Virus record (IMG/VR): IMGVR_UViG_3300025655_000024
Location: 16,180 to 80,179 of that record
Length of the DNA: 64,000 nt
DNA from: a virus
Direction: 5' to 3' (one strand)
In this document: in pieces, positions 58,830 to 64,000 of the stretch
Layout of the letters: each line of letters opens with the position of its first letter
Numbering within the stretch: the first letter of the stretch is position 1
Made by a program: the position numbers and the translations under genes
Notes under the pieces: model-generated
The model's input: the letters and a program-made list of their open reading frames with translations, nothing else
Told to the model about the DNA's origin: nothing
Databases searched by the model: none

Positions 58830-59273
58830 TTATTGGTGTTCGGGTTCTTTTTTGGACTCTTCGGTTTGAACAGGAACGGTAAATGTGGTTGATTGCTGTT
58901 GTCCGTAATTGCCGTTGTAAAAATCTTGGTTGTTTGAATACTTCCGCATTCTTCGTGCTTGAAGGCGAGCCTGTTGCGTTTGCCACTTATCGTAGCGGGA
59001 TTCTTGAGCGAATTCCGCACGCATAGCGAGGCTATCACGAAGCCCACCCACATGAAACAGCACCATTGACAAACATAGGAAACCGAAACAAATCAAACCG
59101 AATTGAAGGCCCAATTCGCCCGCACTCGCATCAGGCAAATACCACCCCAAGTGTGATACTCCAACAGCAGTGCCGACCAACAATGATTGCCACAGCAACA
59201 TGGCAATCAAGTTAATGTCAATTCGGTTTTCATCCATCGCCCAAGGCGGAACAGGTGGTTTCATTTCTTGCAT
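58830..59273 (-). CDS. Two-TM membrane protein with polar tail
   Basis: Two hydrophobic helices; GGAGG SD. Confidence 0.7.
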   Translation of the reverse strand: MQEMKPPVPPWAMDENRIDINLIAMLLWQSLLVGTAVGVSHLGWYLPDASAGELGLQFGLICFGFLCLSMVLFHVGGLRDSLAMRAEFAQESRYDKWQTQQARLQARRMRKYSNNQDFYNGNYGQQQSTTFTVPVQTEESKKEPEHQ

Positions 59274-59275
59274 TG

Positions 59276-59416
59276 TTAATCATCCTCCTTCTTTTGTTTG
59301 TTGAAATACTCGCTAATGATGTGATTGATGAACGAGGATTTTGACTCGCGCCCCCTTGCAGCCTCCATTTTAGCAAATAAATCATCGCTCATCACGACTG
59401 ATACATGACGGCTCAT
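59276..59416 (-). CDS. Ribbon-helix-helix (CopG-like) regulator, absent from the ORF track
   Basis: Hand translation: MSRHVSVVMSDDLFAKMEAARGRESKSSFINHIISEYFNKQKKEDD. Confidence 0.75.
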   Translation of the reverse strand: MSRHVSVVMSDDLFAKMEAARGRESKSSFINHIISEYFNKQKKEDD

Positions 59417-59439
59417 GTGTGCTTGTCAAGAATGAGAAG

Positions 59440-59452
59440 CATATCAAGGTTG
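59440..59452 (-). promoter_or_regulatory. Putative promoter of the RHH/GTPase operon
   Basis: TTGATATG about 24 nt upstream of ATG 59416. Confidence 0.4.
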
Positions 59453-59455
59453 TGA

Positions 59456-60535
59456 TTATTGTGAGCCTTTCAGCACAGCCCACCCATGCTCAAAGGCATC
59501 CTGTGGTTCGGAGAGCGTGAAATCAAGCAAATCACGCTGTTGTCGGCTATTCGGCACAAATCGTGAATGCCCAAAGCGAGCCAATGTTTCCAATGGGTCA
59601 AAGCCCTCAATGTTGGTGGCAACCATTTCAAGCCTATCACCACGACTTTCAGCCTTTGCACCCGATTTGTCGGGGCGAATCATTATTTGAGCGTTTAAGC
59701 CCAAGTCAGCATATTTTGACGCTGCATCAGCGGAGTCAAAGGCAACAATTGGCTGACCCTCATTGATGCGTTCATTCAGGGCTGAAAGGTATCGTTGCAT
59801 ATCGTAATTTTCGGAATATGAAGAAGGTTGGTTTTCATAGGGCGGATCCGAAGCGAGCAAATTGCTTAGGTTAATGTCCCATTCGTTGAGTGCATCCGCA
59901 GCATCACCTTGACGCAATTCCACATTTTCAAAAATAGGTTGATAATCAAGGAAATTTACATCTTCGCCTGTTTTGAAAGGTGTCAAAGTCCCCGAAGGTA
60001 TGTTGTTGTAGCCCGTTGGCATCCGCACCATTCCTTGAAACCCTGTTTTTTTGTTCATGTAATACATTTGAGCCATTTCATATTCTTCTATGGGTGTCAA
60101 AGGAATTCCTTGTTTGATTTTATGCAGGTAATAATTCAAAGAACCCTTTTTGGGCAAATTGCCTTGTTGAATGGCACGCAGGGTTGCACCACGAACATCC
60201 TCACGCCATTTAGCAGGTGTCATGTCACTATCGTATTGACTAAAGGGAATTGTCAAGCCACCTTCGGTATTTTTCAAATGGCGCAGCATATTGACGAGTC
60301 CTGCGTCATATTCGTTCATTCGCACTTGACCCGTTGGCATCAAACCCTGAACAAATCCACCCGGACCACTTGCAGGATCGTCTAAGCCCGTTGTTCCCGC
60401 CATTTGTTCAGCCACACGCATGAGAGTGTTGTAGTGCGGTTGGTTTTTATTGCCGGGATGTTTGATGAATGAGGATATGCTTTTTCCTCGCAACCAATTC
60501 GGATTTCTCCGAAATGCGTTGATGTCCACCATCAC
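59456..60535 (-). CDS. Divergent Dam-like N6-adenine DNA methyltransferase
   Basis: HPGNK, DPASGPGG, NEYD..L, SDPPY. Confidence 0.75.
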   Translation of the reverse strand: MMVDINAFRRNPNWLRGKSISSFIKHPGNKNQPHYNTLMRVAEQMAGTTGLDDPASGPGGFVQGLMPTGQVRMNEYDAGLVNMLRHLKNTEGGLTIPFSQYDSDMTPAKWREDVRGATLRAIQQGNLPKKGSLNYYLHKIKQGIPLTPIEEYEMAQMYYMNKKTGFQGMVRMPTGYNNIPSGTLTPFKTGEDVNFLDYQPIFENVELRQGDAADALNEWDINLSNLLASDPPYENQPSSYSENYDMQRYLSALNERINEGQPIVAFDSADAASKYADLGLNAQIMIRPDKSGAKAESRGDRLEMVATNIEGFDPLETLARFGHSRFVPNSRQQRDLLDFTLSEPQDAFEHGWAVLKGSQ

Positions 60536-62046
60536 AAGCCCTCCAATTCAAAGTCCTCATCAAAAATGCGTGGTTGAATGAAAGGTTGTCCTCTCAAATT
60601 AGGGGGCATAATCGTGTCCCGAATTTGACGGGCATTGATTGCACCCTTTGCCCGTTCCACCAATTCACGCATTTGATCCATGTTGAATTGTTCTATTCCA
60701 TCGTCAGCCATTTCTTGCGTCATGGTGACAGGTCTTGCTCGGTTTGGCATCACGGGATTGATTTGTGTTCCTTTGGGAACGGACATTGACATTTGACCCC
60801 TCACAGGATAACGGGCTTCGGGTGCATAATGCCATTGTTCCGCCCTTTGTTGCTCATTTGGCATCATATTGTTCACAGTGATATTGGTGTTGGGGTTAAT
60901 GCCCATTTCACGCAATCCACGATCCAACGCACGCATAGAAGCCAATCCCGCAGGTGAGGCGAGTGCTTCTTCTATCCGCCCCGTGTTTTCCAAAAGCGAA
61001 GCCATTGTGTTCAAACCAAGCCCCATGCCCCTGAAAAGTGGGTTCACATCAATCATCGGGCCTTGACCCAATGCACTGATTTTTCCCGAAGTGACAGGCA
61101 TAGTGGTTTGTCCTTTTTCCCGCAATTCGTCAGCATACGCCAAATAATTGGGGACACCACCACCGTATTGAACCATTTGCGGATAATAGAACGAATAATT
61201 CTCTAATCGGTTTCGCAATTCATTGGGTAAAGGCATACGCCCTGCATATTGTTTGGCGTTATCAAACAACATTTGCACTACATGGAGAGGAATTTCTTTG
61301 TGTCCAAGAAATTCTTCGGGCGAAGAAGATATGCCTTGTTCCGCCAACGCCTCCCACCATTCATCGTCATCGTCATAATCATCTCTTCGCAACCCAACAC
61401 TCTCAGGTGTTTCATACCCCAAGCGTGTAGCAAATTCTGTTGGGTCTTGTTCCAATTGCTCTAAGTGTTGTATTGCGGATGTGATAGGGATTCTCCCCAA
61501 TGTTTCAATGCCCAATTCAGGTGGTATTTCACGCTGAAATGGCCCTGCATCAGCCATGAGGTGCGGTTGATACCACATATTGTAAGTGAAATCATCCCGC
61601 CCTATTTGTTTTTGAATGGCGTTCCACCCTGCCTCAAAAGCATCCTCCGATGCGGTGAACATACCCCCAAAGGATTCGGATGAACACGCATCCCATTCAT
61701 TTTGAACCCGTGTCAAATCTTCAACCAAGGTAAAACCGTCTGCTGCCCTTGTTCTATCCGCAACCCAAGGTTGAGCGAGCCACTCTTCCAATTCTTTTTG
61801 TAATTTTTCGCATGGTTGTTCAATGATGATTTCAATATCATCCCATGAGGCTTTTCCAAAATGTTTCCTCAACACCTCACGAAATTTCATTCGTGCTTCT
61901 TCACAACATTTGTCGCCACCCATATCGGCTTGAACGGCATCCTCAGCCTCAACGGTGATTTCAGGGTCATACATTGACGGCTCATTCACATTGGCGGGGT
62001 GTGTGAAAATACGGGGTTGCCCCTGTGGTCTTTCAAGTCCGACCAT
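60532..62046 (-). CDS. Modular protein with GNAT acetyltransferase-like domain
   Basis: IDVNPLFRGMGLG (acetyl-CoA motif A), SPAG; internal AFEAGWNAIQK. Confidence 0.6.
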   Translation of the reverse strand: MVGLERPQGQPRIFTHPANVNEPSMYDPEITVEAEDAVQADMGGDKCCEEARMKFREVLRKHFGKASWDDIEIIIEQPCEKLQKELEEWLAQPWVADRTRAADGFTLVEDLTRVQNEWDACSSESFGGMFTASEDAFEAGWNAIQKQIGRDDFTYNMWYQPHLMADAGPFQREIPPELGIETLGRIPITSAIQHLEQLEQDPTEFATRLGYETPESVGLRRDDYDDDDEWWEALAEQGISSSPEEFLGHKEIPLHVVQMLFDNAKQYAGRMPLPNELRNRLENYSFYYPQMVQYGGGVPNYLAYADELREKGQTTMPVTSGKISALGQGPMIDVNPLFRGMGLGLNTMASLLENTGRIEEALASPAGLASMRALDRGLREMGINPNTNITVNNMMPNEQQRAEQWHYAPEARYPVRGQMSMSVPKGTQINPVMPNRARPVTMTQEMADDGIEQFNMDQMRELVERAKGAINARQIRDTIMPPNLRGQPFIQPRIFDEDFELEGL

Positions 62047-62048
62047 GT

Positions 62049-63110
62049 TTATTGCCCCCTATTCAACAATTGCCAAATGATTTCCATTTCCTCGTTTGAT
62101 ATGCTTGGGTTGTCGTGATCCAAATAGGTGATGTTTGACCCTCGCCTAAAGCAATTGCGACACTTTAGGCTGTTGGTGAGTGGGTCAATGACCTTATCAC
62201 ATTTGGCGGGGTTGCCCGGCAAAGAAGCAGGGCAAACAGAAGCACCCTCCACCACATTGTCATAATTGGTGAAATCAATTGCGGGGTGTTTGCCCAATTC
62301 TCTCAAGGGTCGTGACAAATTGTTGAAGTCCGACTTACCGGGTAATGATACCTTGACCGCCAAATTTTCAGGGAAGGCATCATCCTCCCAACCCCTCGCA
62401 TCCAAAAATTGCTGAATAAAGGGTATTTGGCGTGTTGAAAGCCACCCATTGACTGATGGGTTTTCTTCCATGACATTGGATATGAGAGCCAATTCACCCG
62501 CCCCCATCAAGTCGCCCGCTGCCTTGAAACGCACTACGGGTTGGTCTTTTCTTGAACCTCTTTCAAGCATAGCCGATGGAGTCAAATTGTGAGCAACAGC
62601 ACTTCCAAACGCTTCAGGGTTGTTCAACACTTTGTCCAAATTGTTCCAAATTCGTGCTTGGGGACTGTTCAAAGCATATGTTCCTTGACACGCATAACAA
62701 TGTCCACAAGCAGTGTTGGGGTCATTGGGTGTTGAATAAACACAGGCTCTTGGCGGAGTGTCAAAAAATGAAGGGCCGGGCATTTTTCGTGTTTTGCTAT
62801 ACGGGGCGAATTCTCTTGGCTTGAGTCCCGCATCCGCCCCCGTCAAAGAATCCTGCACTTCATCCCATTCGGGTATTGGGACATTGGCTTCAAGTGGGTA
62901 ATCCACCACTCTTGGTTGCCCGTTGCTACGCAAATAGGCATCAACGATTTTTGGGTTGTTGATTATCCATTCGGTAATGTCCATAGACCTATTCGCTTTT
63001 GGGTCAGGCAATTTGCCCCCGTATCGCTTTTCCCACCAAAACATATCGTCGGGATCGCCTAATGCTTTGATGAGCAGATGGCCCAACGACATGGTTAAGG
63101 CATCCGCCAT
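62049..63110 (-). CDS. GP88-like protein (radical-SAM-like Fe-S fold)
   Basis: KMPG..C..CGHCYA..G.Y, VRF..AGD, WLSTR, C-terminal CPA..C..CRNCF. Likely start ATG 63110. Confidence 0.7.
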   Translation of the reverse strand: MADALTMSLGHLLIKALGDPDDMFWWEKRYGGKLPDPKANRSMDITEWIINNPKIVDAYLRSNGQPRVVDYPLEANVPIPEWDEVQDSLTGADAGLKPREFAPYSKTRKMPGPSFFDTPPRACVYSTPNDPNTACGHCYACQGTYALNSPQARIWNNLDKVLNNPEAFGSAVAHNLTPSAMLERGSRKDQPVVRFKAAGDLMGAGELALISNVMEENPSVNGWLSTRQIPFIQQFLDARGWEDDAFPENLAVKVSLPGKSDFNNLSRPLRELGKHPAIDFTNYDNVVEGASVCPASLPGNPAKCDKVIDPLTNSLKCRNCFRRGSNITYLDHDNPSISNEEMEIIWQLLNRGQ

Positions 63111-63171
63111 GTGTTTTGCACGCCTCTTCAATTGAAAATCCTTTTTGTCAAGGTTGTCAATCATCACAGGG

Positions 63172-63199
63172 TTAATATGCTTGGTTTGTGTGGCGGTGA
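63172..63199 (+). promoter_or_regulatory. TATA-like box and SD of the thermosome gene
   Basis: TTAATATG about 23 nt upstream of ATG 63202; GGTGA SD. Confidence 0.5.
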
Positions 63200-63201
63200 A
63201 C

Positions 63202-64000
63202 ATGATGCCCAACGGTCAAGCACCCGTATTCATTTTGCGTGAAGGAACAGAAAGAAGTCATGGTCGTGTAGCCCAATCCAACAATATCGCTGCGGCGCGA
63301 GCCGTTGCCGATGCTGTGCGTTCAACGCTTGGGCCGAAGGGCATGGACAAAATGCTCGTTGATGAGGGCGGTGATGTCATCATCACAAACGATGGGGCTA
63401 CAATCCTTCGTGAAATGGACATTGAACACCCCGCAGCGAAGATGATTATTGAAGTGTCAAAGACTCAAGAGCAGGAGTGTTATGACGGCACTACAACGGC
63501 AGTTATTCTCTCAGGTGAATTGTTGAAGAAGTCGGAGGAATTGATTTCACAAAACATCCACCCAACCACCATTTGCGACACATTCCGTAAAGTCGGAACG
63601 GAATTGAATGCGATGATTGACGACTTGGCGATTGACGGTGATGCCGATGCTCTTTTGAGCGTGGCTCAAACCTCGCTCACGGGTAAATCCGCAGGGTCAA
63701 TCAAGGAATTCTTGGGTCGCATTTGCGTTGATGCTGTCGCACGCCTCTCAGCGAGTGGTCGTGTGGACTTGAATGAAATCATGGTCGTCAAGGCTGTCGG
63801 TGGCGAGGCTATTGACAGTCGCTTGGTTTCGTCAGTGGTTCTTGACAAAGAACGCTGTCACCCCAATATGCCCATTTCAGTCACCTCACCGAAGGTTTTG
63901 CTTTACAACAATTCCTTGATGGTGCAAACCACTGAAATGGATGCCAATATCCAAATCACCGATCCCAATCAAATCACCGCATTCCTTGAGCAAGAAGAGG
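63202..64000 (+). CDS. ths: Thermosome / group II chaperonin subunit (truncated by window; absent from ORF track)
   Basis: Hand translation: [63 protein letters not shown]. Confidence 0.95.
   Translation, partial: MMPNGQAPVFILREGTERSHGRVAQSNNIAAARAVADAVRSTLGPKGMDKMLVDEGGDVIITNDGATILREMDIEHPAAKMIIEVSKTQEQECYDGTTTAVILSGELLKKSEELISQNIHPTTICDTFRKVGTELNAMIDDLAIDGDADALLSVAQTSLTGKSAGSIKEFLGRICVDAVARLSASGRVDLNEIMVVKAVGGEAIDSRLVSSVVLDKERCHPNMPISVTSPKVLLYNNSLMVQTTEMDANIQITDPNQITAFLEQEE

Noticed and set aside
2519-62824. Many 60-214 aa ORFs antisense to or nested in the long genes
   Set aside because: Shadows of long coding frames with no SD or motifs; the minus-strand genes already tile the region.
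1-64000. tRNA/rRNA genes, integrase, tail sheath, endolysin, restriction nuclease, alternative genetic code
   Set aside because: None recognisable by eye. Intergenic gaps are mostly under 60 nt and the standard code gives near-complete coding density.

Overview
A 64-kb stretch of a large tailed (HK97-fold, sipho-like) archaeal virus, most likely a magrovirus infecting Marine Group II Euryarchaeota (Poseidoniales). Support: GGTGA/GAGGTGA Shine-Dalgarno sites, TATA-like promoters, a group II chaperonin (thermosome) at the right edge, and the order terminase-portal-ligase-like protein-prohead protease-capsid. About 60 kb (2503-63110) is one minus-strand block. In transcription order it holds: enzyme genes (GP88-like, GNAT, Dam-like); an operon with an RHH regulator, membrane proteins and a small GTPase; low-complexity proteins; head, neck and tail genes; and three very large tail-tip genes. 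Plus-strand genes flank it on both sides. Most notable: (1) an Arf/Sar1-like GTPase inside a membrane-protein operon ending in a candidate +1 frameshift (UCC_UUU_CGG); (2) a short motif AFxxGWxxxK on about nine unrelated proteins including DNA methyltransferases, possibly a capsid-loading tag with a protease site; (3) clamp-binding-like tails on all three methyltransferases; (4) strong 4-mer avoidance. All calls come from motif reading by eye; no searches were run.
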